From: Eledone cirrhosa
Taxonomy: Eukaryota
Length of the DNA: 64,000 nt
Direction: 5' to 3'
Assembly: GCA_964016885.1 (NCBI GenBank)
Contig: OZ024742.1
Location: 269,948,001-270,012,000 of the forward strand
Position 1 is the first letter of the stretch. Each line of letters opens with the position of its first letter. Below are positions 12,589-27,825 of the stretch, one piece after another. A model generated the notes under the pieces. The model was given only the letters and a program-made list of their open reading frames with translations. It had not been told where the DNA came from and made no database searches. The position numbers and the translations under genes are program-made.

Positions 12589-15545
12589 ATTATTTATTAG
12601 TAATGGTGGGTACTGTCTTTCGAGTAGAATTTCCTTTAAGTCTTGAAGTATTTTATTTCGCGTTTCATAATTAGAGACAATTGTGCAAATTCTTCTTGCT
12701 AGGTTAAAAGTGATGTTCGTCTTCGTGTGCTTTGGCTGGTTGGAGGTGAATAGCTTGTATTGTTTGGAATCTGTTGGTTTGTAGTGTATGTCAGTTTCAA
12801 TATTTGTGTCTTTTTTATGATTAAGATGTCCAGAAATGGGAGTTGATATTGGCTGTATCCCATTGTGAATTGGATGTGGTTATTGATGCCGTTAATTAAA
12901 TTTTTGAAATCATTTAGTTGGTCGAGTGTGTGAGACCAAAGAATGAGACAATCATCCAAGTAGCGTTTCCAATTCTCTGATTTATTTCTGGAAGTTCAAT
13001 CCGTATTTTGATTTGGACTATTCATATACCTGGATTTCCAGGTATGCCATGACTAAGTTGGCATAAGTTGGAGCGACTTTGTACCCATCGCGTTCCCTGA
13101 TATTTACTTGTAACTACTGCCGTCGAAATCAAGAACGTTGTTCGGTAAAATAAATGTTAATCCCTCGGTGATGAAGCCTTTTTTCTATTCTGTCAGGTAT
13201 CTCATTAGGATATTTCTCTAGCCAGAATCATATTGCTTCTAGTCCGTATTGGTGTGGGATCGTTGTGTAGAGATTCACTACATCGAAAGACACAATAATA
13301 GCGTCGATGTTGACATGTTTGGGGAGGTGGTTTAAGAGGTCCAGATCGTTTCTTACAAGTCAGGGTATGTGTTTGAGAATTGGTTTTAGTAGTATGTCTA
13401 TGAAGTTGCTCAGTCTGTTTCACATTGTGGGCGCGCTGTAATTGGTCTTAATTTAAGGTCTATTGAGTAGTGTGTGTTCACGCAGGTTGAGGTGGATTGT
13501 TTACAGGCATCGTTAATTATTTTACACTTGTGGATCTTCGGAAGTCTGTAGAGTTTGCTGGTTTTGTATTCAAAATATGTTAAATAATCGCGTTCCTTTT
13601 TAATTAAGTCTTCCTGGTATCGACAAATGAATGTGTTTAATCTGGTCATCGTTTTTGATTTCTGGTAGTTTTTTTACTCTTTCATAGTAGTTAGTATCTT
13701 GTAAGAGAGAGAACATAGAATTTGTATATTGTTCAGCATCGATAATGACGACAGTACTTCCCTTGTCCGCTTCCGTAATTATAATGTCCGTTTTGTTTTT
13801 TAGTTCATGGATAATCTCCCATTTACTTCGACTCGTGTTGGGTTTGGGTTTAGGTTGCGGTATTTCATGGCATAGGAAAGTTGCTATGTGGTCACAACAT
13901 TTGACCAGAACTCAGTTCCTACCTGTTGGGTTGTAGCTGCTTTTATTCCATACAGTTGATTGGTCGTTATTCTACTTGTCAACAAATTCCTCTGTGAGAC
14001 GTAATTTTCTACAGAAGTGTGTGATATCGTTATTTATCTCATTGAGGTTATAGTAGTGTGGTGTTGGTGTAAATGTCAGTCCTTTGTTGGGCTGAGAAGT
14101 TTGTAGTTGAAAGGTTGATTATTTTCGGTTTTTCAAGATCGGTTTGTGCCACCGGGTGTCGTGGGTCCTGTAGCATTGGTCTAAAAAATAATTTTTCTGA
14201 ATTGTTTTTTCATGGGTATTATTATTCTATCTAATGGCATTTTACCTGTTGTTGTGTGGATTGTAATCTGCGAATCGGGTCCTGTCTTGTGTTGTGGGAC
14301 ATTCGGTTTTTAGTAGGGTTATAGTTTTGTCTATGGGTTCTGGGATTATGGTCATAGTTTTTCTGGAGGTATGTTGGACGTTTTTTAACTTTTTTTGTTA
14401 TTTGTCGTGAGTGTGGTGTGTTTTAATTTGTTTTTAAAATGGGTTACCTGTATGTTGTTCATTTTTGAAATCCATATCGTAGTTGTTGAACCAGGTGGCG
14501 TTATTTTCCATCCCCTCAATTTTCTTTCCAAAGTTTTAAGGTTTTTTCATAGAGTAGGCTTTCAGAGTGCCTTGAGATTTCTGTTCTCTCTGTTGGACGA
14601 GAGACTTGAATTTTTCTTCGTTGGAGTTGGCTCCTAACCGCAACAGTTCTATTTCTATTTTAAACTTATCTAACGCCATCTTTTCCCTAAGTTTTTGTTG
14701 GTTTTCTGGTTCATTCGGGATGGGTTTTATTTGGATTTTTTTTATAGGGGGATGATTGGAGTAGAGTTTAGCCACTTTTCATATATGTCTGCCTTGCCAT
14801 TATTTTTTAGGAGATTCCAAAAGGCGTATTTGCAGGCTGTGAGCTTTTGAGTCCATATATTGATTAGGTTGTTTTTCAATGAGTGGACATCTCGTAGATT
14901 GGGTTCTAATGGTTGTTCAAGCTTTTGGAGCATTGCTGTTTCAATGGTTTCGATTAGTTTAGTTAATGCTGGAGTAATATTCGTCTCTTGGGTATTTTCT
15001 GCTTCATCATAGATGTCCCTTTTTATATTTGGTCCACTTTGTTGGTCAAAATTTGAAAGTTTGGAGGAAATCTCTTTGTATTCATTTAAGATTTCCTGGT
15101 TCAGTGTGTTTTCGTTTTGTTGACACTTTGGTGGCATTTCTGGTCTTCCTGTGGTGGGTAAGTATTAGAAAGTGAGGTGTTTTTACAAAATGAAAAAAAA
15201 TGAGGTGTCCTACACGAGTGAAAGTATAAGGAAAAAATATGAAATCGAAAATGCAACTCAAGTCTCTTTTAAAAGAAATATATATATTTATTTGATTCCT
15301 TTACCGGTTTCGCAGTTCTTCTGCTTTTTAAAAGTAGAATTGAGATGGAGGGTTTGTAGTTTTTCTCACATATGGTTGGTGTTTGAATGTTACTTCTGTT
15401 TTATATGGAAAAAGTGGCTCGAAATGCTAGGTTCTTAGATAAGTAATTTCGTTGGTAGGTGAATAATTATAATAAATTTCGCGACATTTCACGTCACAAA
15501 GTTCTTCTTATATTTGCCTTCAAAGAAAGGGGTGCTCAAATTGTT

Positions 15546-15742
<197 letters not shown>

Positions 15743-16007
15743 GTTCAAGAGTACCACTTTAAAAGAGAGAGATGGAGATAGGAGAGGCGATATGAGAGGA
15801 GAGATTGGTGAATTAGTTAGAAGCCTAAGCGTAAAGGCATGTGCTCAATATGCAATATGCAGTAGAAAGCAGCTAGGTGGCTGGGTTCCGATGAGCCACT
15901 CTGTCTCTTAAATATGTTAAATATTTTCAACTAAACCAGATCAATTATGATATATAGTCATCTGATCCAGAAATATTATATGGAGTAGCTAAACAATTGT
16001 AAACGGA

Positions 16008-16083
<76 letters not shown>

Positions 16084-16174
16084 CTCTACATTCCTTACAT
16101 CAACCTAAAATATGTTGACAATCTTTGAATAATGTCTTCCTTGTGAATTTTGTGGTCTTGTTTTGGTTAACTAA

Positions 16175-16231
<57 letters not shown>

Positions 16232-16235
<4 letters not shown>

Positions 16236-16715
16236 GAAGTAATTCCATCGAAAAAGGGAAAAGTCCAGGAAAAAAGAGTGCTCTATGTAGGCAACAGAGC
16301 TTAATTATTATTATTATGTAATAAACAACATAAGGCAATTATTCCATTTACCAGTGGTTTCTTAAAAGCAAAAGGTTTTGCTTTCAATCATCAGAACGGA
16401 AAAAGCTGGTTTGTTTATTGAATCTGGATTACAAAACCAAAAATGCAATCTATATGAAAGTGAGGCTGGAGAAGGGAGAAGGAAAGGAAAAATAAAATAA
16501 AACAAAATAAAACAACGCATGCAAACACACACAAAAAAACCCCAAAAGCATACTTACACACACATACATATATACATATATATATGTACGCATACATATA
16601 TACATATACACATATATATAAAACGTACACTTACCTACAGAAACACATATATACACACATATACACATACATACAATAATACATATACACATTTGTAGGA
16701 CCTGAGTATACATAA
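16232..16715 (-). mobile_element. PLE 3' end, inverted relative to the adjacent PLE
   Basis: Contains a hammerhead and starts at (TA)n. Confidence 0.6.
16342..16401 (-). ncRNA. Type I hammerhead ribozyme (GUA site)
   Basis: TTCCGTT-CTGATGA-TTGAAAGCAAA/acct/TTTGCTTTTAA-GAAA-CCAcTGG-TA-AATGGAA. Confidence 0.85.
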
Positions 16716-16718
16716 TAT

Positions 16719-18071
16719 ATAAGACTTCGCGGTGGAATTTATCGTGACGATGGACTCTTTACTATCTTAAACTGCAACATAGTTAACCTTAATATTATTA
16801 AGAACAATATACGTAATCTCTTTAACCAATATAACCTAAAAATTGAATTTGATAACAGCATCAAACTAGCTAATTTCTTGGATGTATCTCTTAATCTTGA
16901 CACTGGCCTATATTACCCTTACCATAAAAACAATGAGAACCTAAATTATGTTAACTTTAAATCTAACCATCCTACTAATATCAAGAATGCTATAGTTAGT
17001 AATATTGGAAAAAGAATATCTAACCTATCTTCTAATAAAAACATCTTTGATGCTAACGCCAATTACTATAATAACGCGCTTTCTAAAGCCAGCTATCCTG
17101 ATAAAATCAAATATAGTAAAGAAACAAATTCTAGAAGATCTTACAGTAGAATAATTAATCATGATCATTCCAATAACTTTAATAAAAGACCTAGATACAA
17201 AAACATAATCTGGTATAATGCTCCTTTCTCCATCTCTATTAATAATAATATTCCTAAATTATTCTTTAGTGCCTTAAATAAATGCTTCCCTCCCTCACAT
17301 ATCTATAGTAAAATATTTAACAAACACACTATAAAATGTTCCTATTCTACATCCTCCAACATTTCCAACATTATCTCTAAACACAACAATAAAATACTAA
17401 ATACTAAATCTCTTCCTTCCAACACTGAATATCATAATAATAGTAATAGCACTCCCGACGTCATTGTAAACCCTAGGCTAATTTCTGCAAACCCAAATAC
17501 AACGTCAAACACAACTTCGCTAAATGTTCTTCATCCCATTCTAAATCAAGAAACTATTATTCCTATCGCAAATAACTTCTCCAATCCAATACCTTCTGTA
17601 GATAACACTAGGTCACTCGTTAATAATCTCTCTAATCGAAATTGCAATTGCCCTGTTAAAAATAAATGTCCTCTCAACAACCATTGTCTTGATAAAAACT
17701 TAATTTACGAATGTAAAGTTATATCTGACATCAATTCCTTCACCTATTTTGGCTCCACTTCCACCTGCTTTAAAGCTCGTCATTATAGCCATCATTCGTC
17801 TTTTAAATACAAACTTAAAAGAATCAACACGGCTCTCTCAGAACTCATATGGTCCTTGAAAGACAAAAATATTAAATATAGCATCTTTTGGAAGAAGGTT
17901 TCTTCTGCGTCTCCATACTTGAACAGTTCTCTATCCAAGATTTGCAATCTCTGTCTAAATGAAAAATTTACCATTATATCTAATTTAGATTCTATAATAA
18001 ATAGACGCACTCACTTGTTTTCTATCTGCTTGCATACATTCCACAAAACATTCCACAAAGTATACAGCTAA
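16719..18071 (+). CDS. Hydra-like PLE RT C-half plus GIY-YIG (5'-truncated, frame open)
   Basis: GGIYRDDGL is in frame with ORF 16878-18071. NFLDVSL, SNHP, WYNAPF, CNCPVKNKCP, IYEC..YFG, CNLC..CLH. Confidence 0.9.
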   Translation: MRLRGGIYRDDGLFTILNCNIVNLNIIKNNIRNLFNQYNLKIEFDNSIKLANFLDVSLNLDTGLYYPYHKNNENLNYVNFKSNHPTNIKNAIVSNIGKRISNLSSNKNIFDANANYYNNALSKASYPDKIKYSKETNSRRSYSRIINHDHSNNFNKRPRYKNIIWYNAPFSISINNNIPKLFFSALNKCFPPSHIYSKIFNKHTIKCSYSTSSNISNIISKHNNKILNTKSLPSNTEYHNNSNSTPDVIVNPRLISANPNTTSNTTSLNVLHPILNQETIIPIANNFSNPIPSVDNTRSLVNNLSNRNCNCPVKNKCPLNNHCLDKNLIYECKVISDINSFTYFGSTSTCFKARHYSHHSSFKYKLKRINTALSELIWSLKDKNIKYSIFWKKVSSASPYLNSSLSKICNLCLNEKFTIISNLDSIINRRTHLFSICLHTFHKTFHKVYS

Positions 18072-18514
18072 TATCCAAAACTTTATCAATTTAGAATCTT
18101 TTTCTCATACACTTTTTCTTCTATATACACTTCTTTAAAAATATACCCATCTTTCTACCTTATTTCAAAGTTTTTATCATACATTATATAATATTTGTTA
18201 CTCATTCTATAATACTTGTTACTCATTCTATATCGCTCCTATTTATCACTTCCCTTTTTTCTCTTTTTCTTTTAATGTCTAACCCCTAATCTGTATCTTT
18301 TCTCACTGTTGCCTAACATAGAAACAATTATTACATAATACAATACATTCTTACTCTATATCACCTTGTAAAAATCCTTCGTAAACATAAAAAACATTTT
18401 TTTGACGTTAGATTATTCATCCTCAATTCATTATTCTTTTCTCCCTTTCATCTAAATTATTCATGCTCATCTCACAATATATCCTTACTTAAATTGCCTG
18501 TTGTTCTTTTTAAT

Positions 18515-18690
18515 AATACATATCAACATTTTCTTTCCATCGCACATATTATTAAACCCTTAAATATTATTCTTAATACATATTAACTTTTTCTTTCCAT
18601 CGCACATATTATTAAACCCTTAAATATTATTCTTAATACATATTAACATTTTCTTTTCATCGCACATATTATTAAACCCTTCAATATACA
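18515..18690 (+). repeat. 60-bp tandem repeat (~3 copies) in a PLE 3' UTR
   Basis: cgcacatattattaaaccctt recurs at 18541, 18601 and 18661. Confidence 0.9.
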
Positions 18691-19045
18691 AACCTTAACT
18701 TTACATTATTTTTCTCTTCGTTAATTTTCAAATTCTTTTAATTTATACATTATCTTCCAACGGTTTTCAACCTCTCTATGTAAAACAATATATCTTTCTC
18801 AGTTATAAAAGCTCTCTCTCTCTCTCTATCACCCATTTATTCTCCTATCTCATCCTTCCTCATTATACTCCTCCCTCTCCACTTTTTACTCTCATCTTCT
18901 CCTCTTTTTCATCCTTTCCACCCCACCCCCCTCAAAATAAAATATTTTTTCCAATATCACACATCAATCTAAAACTACTTTTCATATGTTGATTTAAAAC
19001 TGCACTATCCACAAGTGTTTTTTAACCTTCATATCATGTCTTCCT

Positions 19046-19114
19046 GTTTTATCTGATGAAAACACAAATATTATTGCATGATGATATTTGTTTTTGAAAT
19101 GCGCATAATAAAAT
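19046..19114 (+). ncRNA. Type I hammerhead ribozyme with palindromic stem III
   Basis: TTTTAT-CTGATGA-long AT-rich stem II-GAAA-TGCGCA-TA-ATAAAA. Confidence 0.8.
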
Positions 19115-19145
19115 ACATGGAACTCTTTTAACCATCTTTTGTTCT

Positions 19146-19231
<86 letters not shown>

Positions 19232-20110
19232 AAAACGAAAAATCAGTGATACATCTGGACTTAATTTACTGCGTGTTACAATTGTTTCTCCGGCAGGTAG
19301 CTCGAGACGTAGTCCTTGTATGGATCCGGCTGATTCTACTTCTGCAGGTTCATTCAGACACGAGTATTTCGTTAGGAGCAAAAATTATCACTGGGGTGTT
19401 ATCATCAAAACACACCTTCAAAAACCCTACTTCCACTCTTGTCATGCCATTGGCTGTTTTTATTCCACGTCATCACATGTTCTGGTGAGTATCTACTGCA
19501 ACACGGGTCATCAGCCATTTTCCGTCCAACACTTTTCGATGGAGTCATGCTGGTTTCAGCATCCCACACGCCTGTTGACACTTCACATTAAGCACCAACA
19601 CATACTAATATATACACACACACACCCATACAGACACCGACAGATTTATGCATACACACACGTACGTCTACATGTATATATAAATATGCATCGTGATTAA
19701 AATGATTGGAATTTTACCTTGCCATCAGATTTTCATTTTGATATATATATATATATATAAATATATATATATATAAATATTTACACATACACCAATTAAA
19801 CAAAGTCAGAGGTATATATGTGTTTTGGCAAATTTTCACGATGTGGCTCAATGAAGAATTAATATATTAAATAATCAGAGCAAAATACTGGAGTAAAACA
19901 TGTCCAGAGAATTATTTGATAATATATATACATCATCTCTACACCCAATCAGCATAATTGACCACACAAAAAATCAATTAGACTAGGCTATAAGAATAAA
20001 AGCATCTATGAAGAAACAGTAAACAAATATCCCATTGCGGCGTCTTCGCCGGGAGTAGAGATGATGTATATATATTATGAAATATTTCTCTGGACATGTT
20101 TTACTCTAGC

Positions 20111-20151
<41 letters not shown>

Positions 20152-20154
<3 letters not shown>

Positions 20155-22742
20155 CAAAGGCATTGTGGTAAGGAACCAGATGGACAATAACGCACCAGAG
20201 TACTCAATCCTTAGGGTAGTAGAGTGGGGAATAGGAAAAGTATCACCTCGACGGCAGAACGCAAGCCGTTTCGACGGCTATTTCTGGACTAAATTAGAAT
20301 TTTTATCCTGGTGAATACCTAGCCAAACTTCTGAAAGGGAGTCCTTCCTTATATGGGAAGATTGCAGTTGTGAAGACGATTAGTTAAAATTTGTTGTAAA
20401 CACAAATAAGTCTATCATGGCATTTGGTGGGAGGTAGGGATGGCTGAACTTGCATTTAGAACAATAGGGGAATGAGTGGAGCGGTCAAGCGTTGAAAGTG
20501 ATAAGTATACAACAGATTCTAAGGAGAGTGTATGAAGTGGAGAAGGCATGTTATAGAATAGGTAAATCGAATGAGAGTAGGAGACAATAAAATATAATAG
20601 AAAGAAATACAAAAAATATATAAAATTAGTTAGTGAGAAATAAATAAACAAATCTCAATGCTATCTAACAATTACAGGTTATTAAGTTGAGAATAGAAAA
20701 AACTTGCCAAAATTGAGTAGTAACAAAACTGATACAAAATTAAAGGGGTTTAACACAATATAACATACAATCTCACTTGGAGCTTACTGTCCAGAGCTAA
20801 CTCTTACACGGGAGGACGCTGGCCGTGTAACTTATGCTTGGAGGAAACATTACAAATGCTGTTTTCTAAGGACCAACACCTAAACAAGAAAGACGAATTG
20901 GTAACCGCATGCAAACATAGATTGCGTAGGACTTACCTCGCCCTCAGACCCCATAATGACCCGGGCGGGTAGATAAGGGCTAATAACCCCCCCCACACAC
21001 ACACACACTTGCCGAATAAGTTAGGAGAAACCACCAGCTTACATAGGTAGATGTATCTCTTTTCTTTTCCTCTTTGTCTTCTTCTCCCCCCTGTCTCATC
21101 CAAACAATTCCTTCCAACCACTATTTTCTTCCTCGTCTGCTAAAATTCTAATTTAGGCCAGAAATATTTGTCGAAACGGCTTGAGCTCTGCTGTCGGGGT
21201 CATACTTTTTCCTATTTTCCCCTCTACTACCCTAAGTATTGAGTACTCTTGTGCGTTATTGTCCATCTGGTTCCTTACCACAATTCCTTTGTTATTTAGC
21301 TCCTATCTCTGTAGTAGAGCACTTTCCGACTCTACCACGCTATATCCCGATTTTCCACCCAGTTCAAGTGTCTTCACCCGCACGATGCGAAAACACAACA
21401 TCAACTTCTCCACCAAAAACGTCCTAGTTCCACCGAGAAAACTTTACTTTCGGATGCTCACGCCAAAAATCGACCTTTTGTGCGAAAAGACTAAGATGGA
21501 CAACTTTTTTCTACGATAGATACCGCGACAATCAGATCTTCGGCACAAAGGAGAGATTCGGATTCAATACCTACAAATCTCCCCCTCCAAACTGTATGCT
21601 CTCACCCTTCGAGAACAACCTTTTCCACCTGGTCAAGAGCATTAAATTCAAACCCAGACACAACAGATTCCTACAACAACTCCGTATCAAAATAACAGAG
21701 TATGAAAACACCAACGATATCATGGTGCACTCGGCTAAAACTGGAAACCTCTAATTCATCAACCCTGACAGATACCACACACTGATCAGGAGCGGCCTAA
21801 ACTCCACCTATAAAAAGGCTAACCATTCAATTATCGAGGACATGAATCGAGATGGACAACAAATTACCTCCAGCCTCGGGGTCGCCGGCCGCACTGAACC
21901 CCCAGAGCCACGGACTCCCCCCTTCACACTGAAGGACCACAAATCCGATTTCGATCGCAAACCATCCATTAGGCTTATAAACCCAACGAAGTCGGACACA
22001 GGGAGGATCAGTAAAAAGATCCTAGACCGAGTTATTCCAAAATTCAGCAACACGTGAGACTTAGCCTATGGCTCAGCACCCAGGAAGTAATCTCATGGTT
22101 CAGAAATATGGAGGATAAACGAGACACAAAATTCATCCAGTTTGACATAGAGAGTTACTATGCATCTATTACCTTACCGCTCCATACGGCCGCCTTGGAC
22201 TTTGCTGCAGCACTCACACACGTCACTGACCAGGAAATAAATATTATTCTACACGCCAGGAAGACAGCCCTACTTTTCGACAACTCCAAGTGGATAAAGA
22301 TAGCTCCCGACTCCCCCTTCGACGTCAGTATGGGCGAGACGGATTCGGCCGAGGTCACAGATCTTATAGGATTATTCCTACTATTTAAACTGACCGAAAT
22401 GTTTCCTGCATTCGGCGGTGGATTGTACCGGGATGATGGGCTCCTCAAACTCAAAAGGTACAACCCCAGTAGTGCAGACAGGTCCGTAAACAACTAATCA
22501 ACTTCTTCTGGGACTGGGGAGTTAAAATAATCCTACAAACGTCCGTTACCCGAGTCAATTTCCTGGACGTTACCCTTAACCTCGAAAATGATCTGTGCTA
22601 CCCATACAGGAAACCAAACGACAACCTGCACTACATCCATCGCCACTCTAACCATCCTACAAAATCACCAATAACCTGCTTAAAAACATCTCCCTCCGCA
22701 TATCTTGTTTGTCCACTAATGAGCAGATATTCGACGAACAGC
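20152..22742 (+). mobile_element. Hydra-like PLE with tandem and inverted pseudo-LTRs, 3' truncated
   Basis: 20757-20973 is a C-terminus (CNLCLEE..CKH..DPGG*). The next unit starts MRKHNINFSTKN at ~21384 and has RLINPTKS, QFDIESYY, GGLYRDDGL. 20152-20305 is an inverted copy of ~21140-21295. Confidence 0.9.
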
Positions 22743-22925
22743 TTTGGACTATATTTGTAATATGGTTCTTAATGTTATCTACATCCTTAGTTATTATATA
22801 TTTTTATTATTTTTATCTTTATTTTCATTTTTATTATCGTATATCTTTGTAAGACAGTGTATGTACACTCCATATTCTTCAGAGTTTCTGGCTTGTATCT
22901 GCCGATATTACCTCTTGTTGTTTTG

Positions 22926-22970
22926 ATTGCCCTGATGAGTCCTTAATAGGACGAAACATTGTCGGCTAAT
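22926..22970 (+). ncRNA. Canonical minimal type I hammerhead (GUC site)
   Basis: ATTGCC-CTGATGA-GTCCT/taat/AGGAC-GAAA-cattg-TC-GGC(t)AAT, overlapping an AATAAA. Confidence 0.9.
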
Positions 22971-23010
22971 AAAAACTTTTGATGTATTAAAGGATTTTTG
23001 TTTTACTCTC

Positions 23011-23070
<60 letters not shown>

Positions 23071-23075
<5 letters not shown>

Positions 23076-23345
23076 AGTGTAAGTTTCTACACAAAACGAA
23101 GGTTATAGAGAAAATTGAGGTTGGTAATGGCACATGGAATATATAAGAGACAGAATACTTTTTTGTGAAAAAACATATAATTTTATAAGGTAAGGAAAGA
23201 ATAAAGGGTATAAAAAATGACCGGTTCCGATGGGTCTGCAAAAGCCATCTTTTTAAATGTTGATTAATATTAAGAATAATTAATAAAAATTAATAATAAG
23301 AAGAGTTAAAATTTGAGATTTGAAAATTCAAGTATAAAATTCAGT
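23071..23345 (-). mobile_element. PLE pseudo-LTR family copy 1
   Basis: Reverse complement of 31380-31648; abuts (TA)n. Confidence 0.85.
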
Positions 23346-23805
23346 GTGGGATTTCATAGTAGTTTTCAAGAAAATCTATTCCTTAACAAATTTAACCCAA
23401 AACTAAACGGGTTATCACCCCAATAGAATTGTCATAAAATATAAACACACATACGCATGGAGTGACAGTTGTATGTTTGTGTATGAGTGCATGTATATAA
23501 TTATCACTACTATTAAAGACCAGAGACCAATTCTGTTGAATCAGGTTTATTCTTTGACAGACCATGCCTTTGTGTGACCAACACATCCATGTAAAACCCT
23601 GCACGTGCACACACATATATCTATATATGTATATGCGCACACAGAATTCACCACTGTCGGTTGCGGGACACAATCTACATGAAGAACTCAATGTGATCAG
23701 AATGACTTGTATTTTAATTTCACTGTTCTAACTTCTTATATTATGGAAAAATATGTGTATGTATGTATATATATATATTTGGAGGCCATTTCTCTATGTG
23801 TATGG

Positions 23806-23890
<85 letters not shown>

Positions 23891-23957
23891 TGCATGTGGA
23901 TGTATGTATGCGTATGTATGTGTGTGTGTGTGTGTGTGTGTATGAATGTGTGTATCT

Positions 23958-24190
23958 GGATTTTATACTTGAATTTTCAAATCTCAAATTTTAACTCTTC
24001 TTATTATTAATTTTTCATAATATTAATCAACATTTGAAAAGATGACTTTTGCAGACCCATCGAAACCTCGAAACCGGTCATTTTTTATACCCTTTATTCT
24101 TTCCTTACCTTATAAAATTATATGTTATTTCACAAAAAAATATTCTGTCTCTTATATATTCCATGTGCCATTACCAACTTCAATTTTCTC
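23958..24190 (+). mobile_element. PLE pseudo-LTR family copy 2 (inverted relative to copy 1)
   Basis: Near-identical to 31388-31610. Confidence 0.85.
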
Positions 24191-24203
24191 TCTCTCTCTC
24201 TAT

Positions 24204-25844
<1,641 letters not shown>

Positions 25845-25861
25845 ATATATATATATATATA

Positions 25862-27390
25862 CAGTCTATCAAAGTTTTTCGGTGTACATCTGCAATATAA
25901 TCAGTGGTACTATTATCATGTTCCCTCCTACTGTATTGTAATATTTACGCCATTTTTATTTTAATTAATTTATTTATTTCTTAATTTATTAATTAATTTA
26001 TTTATTTCATGTCTCTGTCTCTGCGCATGCCTTTGCCTGCGTGTATAATGTTTGGTTTATGTGTTCGCGTTTGAGTGTATGTGTTTTTGTTTTCGTATTC
26101 TACCTTTGTTCACTAGTGTGAGTTTATATGTGTTTATTGTTATTGTCCATGTGTATATAGTTATTTATTAATTTATTTATATTTCCCTTAAGTCAGTGTT
26201 TCTAAGAGTGTGTTTTTGTATACTATATTTGTTGTCATTGTACTTGTGTATATATTTATTTATTAATTTACTTATAGTTCCCTTACGACAGTATTGTTTC
26301 TTTGGGTCTATTTGTTGTTGTTATTCCATTCGGTCTTTCTTGTCAACTTCGGTCTTCTTTGCTCTATATCAGTTGTTTCTCTGATTGTGCTACCCCTGTA
26401 GGGATATTAGTTAGCCAATGTAGAAAGACCATAAGAAAGACCCATTTAAAGACTAAAGTGGTAGAAAAGCCAGGATCTACCATAAGATCCCTGATCAGCA
26501 AAACATACCACTTTAAGAAAATCCACTATACAAATAAGAAATGTGGTATATGTTGAATGAACTCCCAGATAAAGTGTAAAACTAGAAATGTACTCTATAG
26601 CATAACATGTACAGAGGGCACTTGCAGAAACATGAAATGTCATACTTAGGTGAGACGGCTCGCAGAATAAGAGAAAGAATAGACCAACACTGACGGGAAC
26701 TAAAAGGGTAAAAAATTGTTCAGTACTATACGTACACGTCAGACAAAGACATGAGAGTAATATAGACGAAATAGAAATTAAAATACTATTTAAACATAGA
26801 AATGACTTAACAGGTAGGCAAATCAGAGAAGCAACTGAGTAGAATTAAGAAGACCGATGTTGAACAGAAAGACCGAATGGTATAACAACAACAACCATAC
26901 CCTAACAAACAATAGTGAATTAAGGGAAATATAAGTAATTAGTAAATATATACAGAAGTACAATGACAACAAACCCATAAACACACACTAGTGAATAAAG
27001 ATAGAATACGAAAACAAAAACACATACACTCAAACGCGAACACACACACCACCAAATATTATACACACACGCAAAGGCATGGGCAGAGAAAGAGACAAAT
27101 ATAAATAAATACATTAATTAAAGTAAAAATTGTGTAGACATACAATACAACAAGAGGAAACATAATAGTGACACTGATGATGTTGCACATGTGCAACGAA
27201 AACCTTTGATAGACTATATATATATATATATTATCTATATTTTTAACCGCTGGTCAATCAATGATAAGCATTGAGTGGCAAATAAATTAACTATGGAGAT
27301 ATAAAAGATACATAAGCGAAAACCAATGAAACAGAGAGTGTGTTCTGTTATTATGTCTGGCAATATTACAACAATATGACCCTCCCCATG
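25862..27390. mobile_element. Head-to-head inverted pair of Naiad-like PLE 3' fragments
   Basis: Plus strand 26390-26900 is homologous to 59870-60320. 25862-26385 is an inverted copy of the 3' UTR. (TA)n at both ends. Confidence 0.88.
27172..27210 (+). ncRNA. Minimal hammerhead (+1 nt variant)
   Basis: CA-CTGATGA-T-GTTGCA/catg/TGCAAC-GAAA-acc-TT-TG. Confidence 0.55.
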
Positions 27391-27404
27391 TATATATATA
27401 TGTC

Positions 27405-27455
<51 letters not shown>

Positions 27456-27825
27456 ATACGTGTGCGAATATGTGTGTGTATGTGTGTGTGCGTGAGTGTG
27501 TGTTTGGATGTGTGTGTGTGTGCGTGCGTCTGCGTGATGTGGAGAAATGAAGTATAGAGGTGCATTGAAATATTCAAATTTAATATATTTTGACAAATAT
27601 GAATCAGTAAAGTATTATATTCATGTATAAATAAAATAATAGAAAGCGTAATTAATTGTGTGTAACGAACTAACACATTCAATGACGTTCAGTAAATTGC
27701 TCTTACATTTATTTTTGAATTCTGTATTAAATCTATCCCCTTTGAGGTATACCGCGGCAATTTATGTGTCGAACTGTGCGAGAGAAAAACCGCGTTCTCT
27801 CGGAAACTGAAGTGTGACTAATAAT

